DNA from: Pecten maximus
Lineage: Eukaryota
Direction of reading: 5' to 3'
NCBI RefSeq assembly: GCF_902652985.1
Contig: NC_047028.1
Location: forward strand, 19,964,001-20,028,000
Length of the DNA stretch: 64,000 nucleotides
The notes below the pieces were generated by a model. That model saw only the letters and a list, made by a program, of their open reading frames with translations. It had not been told where the DNA came from and searched no databases. Made by a program: the position numbers and the translations under genes. Positions 14,346 to 30,587 of the stretch are shown here, in pieces (within the stretch, counting starts at the first letter, position 1; the number at the start of each line of letters is the position of its first letter).

Positions 14346-15559
14346 TGTCGAATGAGGTTTTTCCTGTCAGTAGAGAAATTACTTTAAAGTCCCATATTAA
14401 TCTTAATTGTTCTGATTTGAGGTTAATCAAAATGCTGTAATTATCCAAAAATCTCTAATAAGTAGATAAGATGTTAAATAGTAGTATCTTTTTTAATTCC
14501 GTAGATCCATGGCAATTTCTGGTTTATTTTTAGTGTTAGAGATTAAAATTATTATGAGTTTAAGATAACTTAACACTACACGCAGAAGTACTACATTTAA
14601 TGAAATGCAGATTCTCATTATACACTGTATAAGACCGGTGTTTTAAGATTGGCAGAAGTACGGTATGAAGGACAATTTTAAGATTTGGATACACACCTAT
14701 AGCATGCTGTGTCTGTGCCATCAGATTTGTTGAACATAATGAATTTATGTGTGCCTTTAGCATTAATACAGAGTAAACTACAAAATGTATATTAGCAGTT
14801 AGTTTGACAGGTAAAGAGCTTTGTGATAAGTTTGAATTTTTGTATTAAAAGAAATTGTTTTTCTAACCTGTCTGACATTTTAGTCACTTTTAAGATTATA
14901 AAGTAAATTATTGTTTTTTTTGTTAATATGTGCTAGTATCTGTACCACAAATATCCCTAAGAAATTACTCGCTTCTATTGAATAAAAAAGGGTAACAATT
15001 TCTAGTATTGATAGTTGATACTGTCATATTTTAGGTAACTGTTGGACTTAGGTTGAAGTTTTTATATACATGTAACTACCAAAACAGTGTGGGGAAAGAA
15101 ATTATTATTCTGAAAATAATTTGAAAATACTTTGTTCAGAAATTGTGATAAGTATTGCAACAACTTACATCAGGACCAAGTTATTTATTACTTTTTTTTT
15201 TTTTTTTTTAGAAATCCATACCTTTACTGATTATTGGGCAATGAAGGCCAACAAGCTTTCTTCCTCATTGCGTATATTTGTTTGTTTGTTTGTATAATGT
15301 ATGAAAGATTATATCATAGATATATGTCACAACTATTAACAATTTCTTACTGGTATGCACTATATATATATGTATATTTTGACCAGTGATGTCATTTCTT
15401 GCTTGTGGTATGTACCCATGTTTGAACAAGATTTACTTGTCAGCTGTGGTCTCTTATCTACTTAATTTAACATACTGGATTCGGGTTGGATCAAGGCACT
15501 GGATGTAGGATGTCTATGATAAAAGTTAGTCTTATTCTCATAATAGCTTCCTTTCAAGT

Positions 15560-15692
15560 TAGTTTTAAACTTCGACTGTTAAAACTGTTAAGTTAGTGGC
15601 ACCTAGTTTTAAACCTTGACTGTTAAACTGTTCAGTTAGTGGCGCCTAGTTTTAAACCTTGACTGTTAAACTGTTCAGTTAGTGGTGCCAGT
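15560..15692. repeat. ~43-bp tandem repeat, 3 copies
   Basis: TAGTTTTAAACCTTGACTGTTAAACTGTTCAGTTAGTGGC repeated. Confidence 0.85.
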
Positions 15693-18496
15693 TACGAACT
15701 CAAGGCATTGGTATTTAGTTTATTTAAAAGTGATGTAATATTTCACTAAGGATTTTTTAATGGCGACATTTAACCTACTGTAAATACAGCCTCTAAGTAG
15801 ATTTACTGTTAGGATTAATGTAAAACTATAGACTATTCCATAATTGTTAGAGGTTAACACTGAAAAATACTTCTAACGGCCATCGCAGTAAGCATGATAA
15901 CATCTGACCAACTAATTTAACTAGTGGTTAGCATAATATCCATCTGATCAACCAACCAGCGGCCTATGGTGTTATAGGAGTCACAATTCCGTCCTACAAT
16001 AATACTTCTAACATGCTTCTGAGACATTTAATTTATTATCAAGTAAACAATTTGATTTACCTTAAGGTAAAATTGAGTATTAAAAAATAATATCACAATT
16101 AAAATCGATAAATGAAAAAGTATAAAATGTTGATTAATATTTATTAATAATCAGGAGTAAGTAGGGCTAACAAAGTTTTTTGTGGTTGAAACCTACCATG
16201 AAAATGTTTCTATTGATGGCCGTCTGGAAAGTCAAGTATTATCGTTCAACATTGAAAGGAAAACAAATATGAACTAGAATTCAAATGAAATATATTTCAG
16301 ATTTCAAAATTTCTATTGATGGACCTATGCGAAGAAAAGGAATTTGAAATTTTAAGTTCGGAGTGAGCATCATAAGATGGATCTAGGAGACCAATAACGG
16401 TCCTGATCACAGGTCAACAATGATACCCATCCAGGTGTAAATATGAGAGAATGACACGTGCAGATACTAGACATATATTTTTGATTAACTGTATTTTGTT
16501 GGGTGTTATGTAAGTTTTGTTTTTTGAAATTATGAGGTATTTTGCTTTGTACATTGTAGATATGTATAATATATATTAATTATGGAATAAAGAGTGTATG
16601 AAAATACATATAGTATACATTGTGTAGTTTTATGTTATGTATTTGTGATGACATAATCAGTTAGTTTTCCCTTTGTTTCCATTGTTTATTATTAACTATC
16701 AAAATATCAACTGTCTTTTCTCAGCAACTATAATATTTGATATACTGCCTACACATACAGATATCAAACAACCTATGTATGACAATTAGTTGAGCAGCTC
16801 AGATTTGGTGATTGAAGTAATGCTGTGTGTTCTGTTGGGTACTTTAGAGAGGGGTGTAGTGGTTGTGATATTGTACAGAAGTAAATAAAGCTAAATGCTG
16901 TATTTGCATGAGGAATCTTATGCTAGCTTACAAATACTGCATGCTTCAAAATACAGAGTTGGTTAATGAATCTCAATCTTTGATTATACCCCTTTAAAAT
17001 TAGAACATAAAGTGCTTTTCAAGCCAATGTCATGTGCAAGAAAATACTGGTGTTGTGCAAGAAGTACTCTAAGCTAGAGCTTTAGTGACTTCGTTCTTCT
17101 ACATAATCGAGAACAATGCTCTATTATTGCTGTCCTGCCGTTGTCCTTAGCTGCAGACCAGTGTTTGGTTTGTTATTTTGTTATGTGGTAAATGTGTGTA
17201 CACAGTAATGTTTGTACCCGTATTGTACCGATCACTACCAGTTATGCAAAACTGTAAATAAACTGTGTATATCCTGTTATAATTAATTTGCTTGGTTATT
17301 GTTTTTATATGTGTATGTGATATGCTTGAAAGAATGAAATATCAAGTTCCTTTGACGGAGAAAAAACATTTTTCATAGAATTTTACTTGCTTAAACTTCA
17401 AATATTAGATTTTTTTTATGGTAAAAGATACATTATATTAAAAAGTTGGTTTTGAGTTAGAATTATTTCTCATGATGTAAGAAAGATCGTTTTAATAATC
17501 TTATTTTGTAGCCGAATTCACCAGGACGGATAACAAGCTAGTCCTAACTTATTGATAATTTGCCCCATACATGTGTTACTTGTATCACATTTTACTGTAA
17601 ATTTTACAGGCCAAAGTTTGTACTCTTATACTGGATATCTCTGAATCTTTATCAGTAACTATTGTCGATCACAAATTCTTGTTTTCAGTAGAAACTCTTT
17701 TGACTTTGTAATGGTTAACATTTATAGGATATTTAAAAAGTAGAAAAATATGGTGAAATACATTCAACATGAATGGTGTTGAAAGTATAAGTAGTGTGTT
17801 TGTTATTACTTATTTAAATGCATTACTGAGGGTTTCATGTGTGGAATAAATTCGTTATTTCATATACTTATGATGTCTTTTTTATTTTTGTAAGTTATGA
17901 AAAATAAGTGTCGGGTGAAAATGTCAAAATTTATACCTAAATACGTATGATATACTACTTGAAATCTAATCCCGACCTGTTGTTGTTCACAATAATGTCT
18001 TTCCGAGTGATAATAGTCTCTGAATCTCGCTCTGATACAGGTCTCGCACAACTAATTATTTCAATGTATGCTATTACCAATGAGTCCATCCCCTAAATCT
18101 TGATTTCCCTACCAGAAAACTGATGTTATTGGATAGGTTTAATAGCATATAAGAGCACACTAGTACTTGGAAGACAGTAACCCTGATATTTACAGTGGAT
18201 TTGGGAATTCCTGCCTTTTAACACCTGGAATCTTACCTCTTTCTATTTATACCAGGAGTGTATATTTTTGATTTTCAAAATGTCAAGACCCTACTCTTTA
18301 TTCTCGTATAGAGAAAGTACCCATTTCAAGTATCATTTACTCAGGAAATAGCTACAAACCTAAGAAACACATTTTCTTCCAGGACTTTGTTCAGCTTCAC
18401 CAGCTGATTGACTGTGAATTAGTTGTGCTCGGGTTCTGCTATAGAAACAGTGATAACACACCCTCTGCTATTACTAGTATATACTGGATATACATT

Positions 18497-18724
18497 TAAT
18501 TAGTAGTAGAGGGTCCAGTATACATGTTATTAGTAGTAGAGGGTCCAGTATACATGTAATTAGTAGTGGAGGGTCCAGTATACATGTAATTAGCAGTAGA
18601 GGGTCCAGTATACATGTAATTAGCAGTAGATGGTCCAGTATACATGTAATTAGCAGTAGAGGGTCCAGTATTCATGTAATTAGCAGTAGAGGGTCCAGTA
18701 TACATGTAATTAGTAGTAGAGGGT
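18497..18724. repeat. 30-bp minisatellite, ~7.5 copies
   Basis: Unit TAATTAGCAGTAGAGGGTCCAGTATACATG. It explains the spurious TANYMYTGPS ORF. Confidence 0.95.
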
Positions 18725-21240
18725 GTGTTATTGTCTCTATGTATCATTACGCTCTGAAGATGTTGTAACCCATGTACTAATACCTGAACCTGAAGATAAT
18801 ACTGAACCCTAAATACCACAGGGATTTGTAGTTAAAAACAGCAAGCATACTGGGTATTGCTAAAGCAATACATGTCCCCTACAGACCTCTGTTTAATTGC
18901 CCAGTAACACTAAAGGTAATTAGAGCCAAAAATGGCAAAAACGAAACATCAAACAATCAAACGAATTGTTTAAAAAATATGATAATGATAAAGTATATTA
19001 GTACACTCAGTGACGTACTAGTATAACATTTGAAATGACAAATTTGGCTATGATTACTCATTTATATTATGGTACAGATTTTACGTTAACCGTTTCGAAA
19101 AGAAGTTTTATACTTGTAAATAATAATGCGGTTAAAGAAACTTTTCTTTGTAGGTTGCAGACCAATACAATCTAATAATTAAGACGTCTTAACAATAAAT
19201 TCCAGTTTTCAACTTTTATCTAGCTAGCTTATATTAATTGAACCTGTGTTTTTTATACTTGGCTTTGCTTTGTTCTGTTTTTACTATACAAATATATCTA
19301 CTTTATTCCTTCCAACAGGTAACAGGAATCGGTTTCATCAATATCACTTAAAATTGTCCATGGGAAAACATTTGAAATTACGGAAGGTTCCTTAACTAAA
19401 ATTTTCCCTTAAACTCTGTAGTCCTTTAATTTTAGGTTAAGAAACGCTGATGAAACAAGACCCAGATCGTGTGTTTTACATGTATAGATCTATCAACATG
19501 TACTTATTTTCAGAAAGAGTAAAACTTCGGGATGCAGGAAACGACGATAACGGGGATTTTTTCAGCATCGCTGATCTACGTGTCTATATTATAATTATAT
19601 AATAAGCTGCGATTAGGTATAGCTCTGGACGACGGACGGACGATTTCTGACAGATGGTCGTCAGGAAAGTGTCAACGTCGGGCTATAGTCTTATAATAAT
19701 ATAAGATTTCGAAGGTAACAAAATTTTAAATATCCGGTAATAAAAGTTAAAAATAACAAATAACGAAAATGTAAATATCCAATAATAAACGTATAAATCG
19801 CGATATGAATTAACCTCATAAATTTTATATTACAGGACTAGACTACGGACTGAGTTCTGACAGCAAATGGTCGTCCTGCGTGTATAGAAAACAGTGTATG
19901 ATCTTGTATATGTTTCCGGTAAGTACGCAGGTATGATGGGTGTACATCTATATATATACCGATGTGGGGTTCTAAAGGACACCACTGTATATAGATATGG
20001 ATGATTTAAGCTAAAATATGCATACAAAGGTAGCATTAAAAGCAAGACAGGTTATACGGATAATAACGAAAAGTGGTGCACAATATCCAACATGCCACTT
20101 TAGAGTAGCGGCTATACACCAAAAGTACAGGTAAATTGAACTTTACAATATTGACGTAATTAATCTTATATGGTTGTTTGCATTAATTAGTTCCTCTCAA
20201 AAGAGTACTATAATTATTTGATATAATATAACACTTCAAAATCACACCAAGTTAACTATTTCGTGGACCATGATCTTACAGTTAATTAAGGACTATTGCC
20301 CGTGTCATTCAGCCGTCTTTGATGGTAGTGTAGAATAATTGAAAAACAAATCCTATAGTGTTATTTTTGTGGGCTTTCATGAAATGACCACCGGTCCGGA
20401 ACTCTATGTCCGCTTGGCTCTATATGTTACTGTTGACGTGAAAAATAACGGAGACTACTACACCTAAGGGGCGCTGTCTAGCTTTTTTTACTGATTTTCC
20501 GAAGAAGTAAGTTCCTATTCCACTACTAAAAATCAACAATGTCAGGAGAGTTCATTATAAAAGTGCCTTCAATATGCCATCATTTATTTATTTTTTTCTG
20601 GAAAAAAAAATGTATTTCATTTTGACCTACTTTCTTTGTGTACACGTATATTGCAGTCTGAACCATCGGCACTTTCCGTACACTTTCGTTTAGTGCCGAC
20701 AGTTCCCGATTCGTGTCAGATCCGAAGACCACTCGGACATCATATAGGGTCATTTCACCTAGCTAAGCGATTGATATGAACCTTATGAAACATGCTTGTA
20801 CTATTATTTTTTGCAGCCATTTAATTCAGGTCAGGACAAAAATAAATTAAACGGGCGCGTCGCTCATTCGTCTTTAATATCTTGTTATCACTACTATTCC
20901 TGAATGGTTAAGAGAAAATTAAGACGTTCAGTAACTATAGGTACAAAATAGAGTTACACTTATTTATTCACTTTCTTCTTTATTTAGTGTGTTTACGTAA
21001 ATGCACATTGCACATATCAACTAATTTACTAAAATACGAGATAAAATTCACAGTTGGACAACAGTAATCTGCATGTTTACCTCAAACTTGCATATTAAAG
21101 TTATGGATTTTGGATATTAATTCGTCTTTAATTCATATGAGATAACAATGGATAGAAATATATACCTGACTGGAAAGTCTACATTAATCTCAAAACAACA
21201 CGTGATCGTGACTACCAATGTTTAATGACGTTTCAGGGTC

Positions 21241-24670
<3,430 letters not shown>

Positions 24671-25211
24671 TAGACCTAGTTTTGTACATTAATAATCTTA
24701 TCACTGTTTATGATCAGAAGCATTCTATTGGTAGTGATCGTCATTACGGGAAATAACTGACAAAAAAGGACTATCAAGGTGCTCTTCGCCAAAATGAAAT
24801 GATATTGATCCTGTAAATGCACATTAATCGGAGGTTTAGTTAATCCCATCTTGTGAGTTGTATACAACAATATATGACTTTAGCTAAATTATCAAGTCCC
24901 TATCACACTCAAACGAAGACCATGTAGATCGCACTACATTCTGAAAATTAAAAAAAAAAACCATAGCGGGGACGTGGTCAATCTTGGCAATTATGCAGGT
25001 TTAACGTCCTTATAACGTCCCTATCCAGTTCCTACCCCGATCACACTAATTCCATACCACATGATCACATGTGCACCACACCCAATGCGTTCTTACTACG
25101 TTCATTTAATATTCAACCAAACAGATTTCTCTACCCGTGCACCCACATGTGCCACGCACCTCTGGATCTGGATCTTGATATTAATCAGCATCCACTTACA
25201 AATAAACACTA

Positions 25212-26361
25212 CGATGGACGATTGATATGCTATGAGCCTCGTATTGAAGGAGGTACTCGATGATGTTCTTTTTAAGTCCTACTATTCTCTGACGTGTACC
25301 CAAGGACTGGTCTCATTTGGTTAGTTTGAATCGACGAGGTAGCACTCTAAAGTAAACAAGACAAGCGGGTTTTGCAAAATGGACAAAATCGGTGAAAAAA
25401 CAGTGATCCAATATTTCCATAAAAATGTTTAACACCTAATAAAGGATATCCATAAAGATATGGTAGCAACACTAGGGAAATATGTCCCTTCATATGCTAC
25501 AGTGAAACGGTGGGTGGCGGAATTTAAGCCGACTCAGCCTTGAGGATGACCCCCGTCCTGGAAGGCCTGTCAATGTTGCAACCCAAGAAATGGTAAATAA
25601 AGTTCATGATATTTGTATGACTGACAGACGAGTCACGGAAAGATATATAGCCAGTAGAGTTGGCATTTCACCGGAAAGACTACATTCCATTCTGACCGAG
25701 GATCTTCAGAGATTTGTTCCTTTGGATGAAACATGGGTCCATCATTTTACCCCAGAGGCCAAACAACAATCGAAACAATGGAATCACCATGGCTCTCCCC
25801 CGCCAAAGATGGCAAAGACTGTTCCATCAGTGGGGAAGTTATGGCCTCTGTTTCGTGGATGCATATGGTATTCTGCTGATAGATTATCTCCAAAATTGTC
25901 AAACAATCCATGGCACATACTATGCTTCACTTCTGAGGCCGATACGGGAACATATTAATCTGAAGCGCCGCGGAATACTCACTAAAGCAGTCTTTTTCCA
26001 TAATGACAATGCTCCTGTTCACAAGTCTGTCATTGCAATGGCTGCCATTCACGATTGTGGCTTTAAATTGATTGAGCATCCGCCTTGTTCACATGATCTC
26101 GCTCAATCAGACTTTCATCTATTTCCTAAACTGAAAACAGCTATTTCAGTCGCCCACTTTCAGTCCGATGATGACATCATACAAGCAGTGGATGACTTTC
26201 TGAACAACCAAGAAAAGGAGTTCTATAAAAGAAATATTCAGACCCTTAAACACCGCTGGCAAAAGTTTATGGATACTGAAGGGGATGATGTTGAAAAATA
26301 ATATGCCCGGCAAAATCCAAATCCTTCAATATGAAGCCCACAACATATCAATCAGCTCTCG
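25212..26361 (+). mobile_element. Mariner (DD34D) transposon, defective copy
   Basis: TA flanks at 25210-25211 and 26362-26363. Imperfect ~40-bp TIRs (CGATGGACGATTGATATGCTATGAGCCTCGTATTGAAGG versus the reverse complement of the right end, CGAGAGCTGATTGATATGTTGTGGGCTTCATATTGAAGG). Confidence 0.9.
25379..26301 (+). pseudogene. Mariner transposase pseudogene
   Basis: Motifs DDPRPGRP, DETWVHHF, HNDNAPVH and HPPCSHDLAQSDFHLF, with 34 residues between the 2nd and 3rd Asp. Several frameshifts; the WVPR linker region appears deleted (EDLQ|RFVPLDETW). Confidence 0.9.
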
Positions 26362-28189
26362 TATTTCGTGTTGATTTTTCTGTCATTAGTCCATCATATT
26401 GGCCAAAGGCGAACCCAGCAAAGACTCAAATGAGGACTTCTAATCGGTGTTGAACGTGGCATTGGTGCAGTAAAGAACCTGCTGTAGACGTGTCATAAAC
26501 GTAGTTAGCACAACCTGAACGCAAATACAATCTTATGTAGTCTTCAACAACATGACATGGACGAACCATTGTCACAGTACAATAGTAGAGGTCGTACTGG
26601 GAAAGGCATTGTTGAGACAACACAACAACAAACTTTTCCGTCTCCGCTTCGGTTTTACTGTGTTACTGAAGTCTCCATTAGGTTTTGATTACGTCATCAC
26701 TACGGCAATGCCATCCTTCATGCATATTAGGTTCTTACTGCATCCTGTTCAAAGTTCACGTCCATGGGGACCATGGCAACGTCCTTGTCGAGTTTTATTG
26801 CGTTCTCACTACGTCCTCCGATTTTTCTAGGACCTTGTTGGACGTGATGGGAACGTGACCGAGTTTGATTGGGGTTTAATCGGGCTTCGTTATGCGTTAC
26901 AACGCGATTCATGTCGTGTGCGACAAGTGGATAATACACGTCCTAATATTTCAATTGCATCACTACTCCAGATCTAGTCAGTTCCAGACCACCGCCAGAC
27001 TGTTGGTGCCTGCGATTATAAACTTCAATACTGAACAAATGCGAGTAGTATGATGGTTACTTCGAGCTATGGTTGGTTAGAATATTAGTCTTCTTATTAC
27101 CGAAAATTGTCCGGACATTAGACAAAATGGAAGTTACCATCGTCTTGGAACAGGTTTTTCCTGTAGAAACTCTTTGTTTTCATCATTTAAAGAAGCAGCC
27201 CGTGTGTCATATACATCATTCGGGTTGTGCTATGATGTTTTCCTCATAACTATAAATTTGATTAATTTTCAAACCTGTGGTACAATATGTAATCTAAGAG
27301 GCAACAATAGGTCCGGAGGGCTTGTATCGCTCACGTGGATATGGCAGTAAACACTTCAAAAGACGCAGGTTTTTTTCCAAAGATTTGCTATATTTTCCCT
27401 AATTGGGCCCATGGGGGCCAGATATATCGTTTATACAAAATACATGCGTCAAACCAAATCGTTTTATAGACTTTTGTTGAATTCTGCTAAGTGATTCATG
27501 ACAAATAGTTGACAGAAGACGGCCGCTACGCCATTGCATAAGCTAATAAGGGAAGACTGCATGAAAACAATAAATCCATCAGTCATGATATTTTATTCTG
27601 CTATTGCTACTATAAACACACTATATGAAATATTCATGGATAATTTCTATAGTGATTGCAAGTCACTACGACTATCTACTCGATCACCTTCCTGTTTATA
27701 CCACCACACATACCCGGAGTACGTTTGAAGAACATCTAGATTTACGAAAACAAATCCAAAACATTATGGCATATCAACCAGTCAAGTGCAAAATTTTCCA
27801 GAATTCTTAAAAAACAAATCTCGATCTTCTCACATTTAAGCAACATTCCAAATCACTCAATAATGCACTGGTTTGCATACACAATTTATTTTCTATCAAA
27901 ATATAATACTAAGTATAACGGACTATATGAACTCACTTTTAACATATATTGCATACCACCACAAATATCATCTCTTACATTCAACATTCGATAAACAGTT
28001 CAAATCAGCACCATTAGAAATAAATTGTGACATAACACATTTGTCATTGAGGTAGTTGATGGCCTGAAATATGTATATATATATCCATCTCATAAAGTTT
28101 GTAAATGCACATTACTTGAGATTCAAATTTCCAATATAGTTCAATAGTTAAACGGAAGAATGTATTACTAAGTACTATGAATGAACATT

Positions 28190-29250
28190 CACTGTAGAGC
28201 TGGAGGAAACTGTAAAATGTCTTTGAAACCTTCTCCTTGACGTCCATTGTAGAGCTGGAGGAAACTGTAAAATGTCTTTGAAACCTTCTCCTTGACGTCC
28301 ATTGTAAAGCTGGAGGAGACTGTAAAATGTCTTTGAAACCTTCTCCTTGACGTCCATTGTAGAGCTGGAAAAGACTGTAAAATGTCTTTGAAACCTTCTC
28401 GTTGACGTCCATTGTAGAGCTGGAGGAAACTGTAAAATGCCTTTGAAACTTTCTCCTTGACGTCCATTGTAGAGCTGGAGGAAACTATAAAATGTCTTTG
28501 AAACCTTCTCCTTGACGTCCTTTGTAGAGCTGGAAGACTGTAAAATGTCTTCGAAACCTTCTCCTTGACGTCCATTGTAGAGCTGGAGGAAACAGTAAAA
28601 TGTCTTTGAAACCTTCTCCTTGACGTCCATTGTAGAGCTGGAGAAGACTGTAACATGTCTTTGAAACCTTCTCCTTGACGTCCATTGTAGAGCTGGAGAA
28701 GACTGTAAAATGTCTTTGATACCTTCTCCTTGACGTCCTTTGTAGAGCTGGAAGACTGTAAAATGTCTTTGAAACCTTCTCCTTGACGTCCATTGTAGAG
28801 CTGGAAGACTGTAAAATGTCTTTGAAACCGTCTCCTTGACGTCCATTGTAGAGCTGAAGGAAACTGTAAAATGTCTTTGAAACCTTCTCCTTGACGTCCA
28901 TTGTAGAGCTGGAGGAAACTGTAAAATGTCTTTGAAACCTTCTCCTTGACGTCCTTTGTAGAGCTGGAGAAGACTGTAACATGTCTTTGAAACCTTCTCC
29001 TTGACGTCCTTTGTAGAGCTGGAGTAAACTGTAAAATGTCTTTGAAACCTCGTTGACGTCCATTGTAGAGCTGGAAGAGACAAATGTCTTTGGAATGTTT
29101 ACCAGGACGTTCATTGTAGAGCAGGTGGAGTCTATAAAACATTTTAGAAATGTTCTCAAAAAAGTCCATTGTACAGCTGAATGAGACTGTAAAATGTCTT
29201 TGAACTTTTCTCCTGGGCGTCCATTGTAGAGCCGGAGGAGACTGAAAAGT
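28190..29250. repeat. 55-bp satellite, ~19 copies with 52-bp variants
   Basis: Unit CATTGTAGAGCTGGAGGAAACTGTAAAATGTCTTTGAAACCTTCTCCTTGACGTC, degenerating toward 29250. Confidence 0.97.
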
Positions 29251-29499
29251 CTTCAAAATGTTCCCGTATTCAGACAAATTGCCAATAAAGCATACAAAAT
29301 TAGCGAAATATGTTAAGCTACCTGGTCACAGATGTGCAAAAATGTTTTGACCACACACCATTTCCATTCAGATCTGACCAGTTGAATTATATACCGCCTT
29401 ATCTACACTAGATACATTTGAAGGATATTGGTGACAAGATAAGGCACCATTCAAAGTCCATTTTAGTCCAGGTGAATTAGGAGTCATACTTAAGTGCTA

Positions 29500-30400
29500 C
29501 CATACCTAGTCCTCTAATTATTGCATGCATATCATTATATGGTGACGGATTTGGGGATGGCAGAGGTACAATGATGAGAGACAATTTACAAAGCTGGGAA
29601 GAGGAACATGGTCAAAGGTGACATTAGAAAATTGAGGAAAAATCAGGAAACAAAAATGGTGGAAATAGCAGGTATACCACGATAGACGACAAACGTGGTT
29701 TGACATCTGGTAACAAGGACCTTTTGAATACAGTTCCTTTTGAGTTCATGGTATGGCCTGTTGCCATCACCAACAAACCTCATCAGATGGCTATTGACAG
29801 AAGTGGTAATATCACTCTCACTCAGGGATGATACAGATGGAGATATGACAAAGGCATGAGGGAGTCTGCTGACACATTGCTAAAGGAAGAATGAAGAAAA
29901 GAAATCACCTATGTGACAACATTGTACATCCAGAGAGGGGGCTACATCTTACCAGATTGAAATCCCTGATGGAGCACAGGACTGGGAAATCAGGTCAGAG
30001 TTGGACAGATAACTGGGTTTTCAATACATCATCAAAATCTACACCCCCGATATTCTCATCTGGTCACAGCAGGGAAAGAAAATGGTCATGGTGACCGTGC
30101 CCACGGAGGAGGATCACAGGAAGATTTCAAAGTATGAGAGACTGACAGAGGAATGCAGGATTGGGCCTTCCTTGTGGAGATAGGGTGCTGGTATATTCTC
30201 CTCAGAAGGGATCAAGGCTAGAGATAGGAAAGCAGCTGTTGACCGACTCTCAAAGACGGCAGAGAAATCATACAGCTGGCCATGCTGAAGCCATCCAAAG
30301 ACGGGCAGTGATTTGGCAAATCTCTTCTGACTCGCCACCTTTAAGCATTCCAGGATAGGAGTCAAAAAGCCCTGTTAGAGGTGAGTCTGGATGATAACTT
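29500..30400 (+). mobile_element. Decayed non-LTR retrotransposon with restriction-like endonuclease (HERO-like)
   Basis: Frameshifted translation gives PDILIWSQQGKKMVMV-TVPTEE..KISKYERLTEECR..VEIGC..GIKARDRKAAVDRLSKTAEKSYSW, matching the RLE C-terminus of HERO-type elements (RPDIVxWS...ELTVPWEE...KY..L...VEVGCRG). The 5' boundary is approximate. Confidence 0.7.
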
Positions 30401-30587
30401 TGTGGAGCACCAATTCAGTGATTGAATGTAGGTAATGTAACAAATTTTTTGGCCATGGCCCATGGCATCATTTATGTCCTTGATAATTCAGTGATTGTAT
30501 TTCGGCATTGGCATTGTAATAAATGTATACATATTGACATCCATTCTAAGCAGAATGTTGTAATGCTTCATGTTGGAACAAATGACG

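Noticed and set aside
12723-17270. Very long TM9SF2 3' UTR
   Set aside because: It is plausible given several AATAAA sites, but the end cannot be determined without transcripts.
18496-18819. 107-aa ORF with TANYMYTGPS repeats
   Set aside because: It is a by-product of a 30-bp minisatellite with no splice or homology support.
26385-26490. Short integrase-like words (SYWPKAN, VERGIGAVKNLL)
   Set aside because: They are too short and discontinuous to call a Gypsy or Harbinger relic.
28190-29250. CRISPR-like appearance of regular repeats here and at 40785-41165
   Set aside because: There are no unique spacers, the context is eukaryotic and there are no cas genes.
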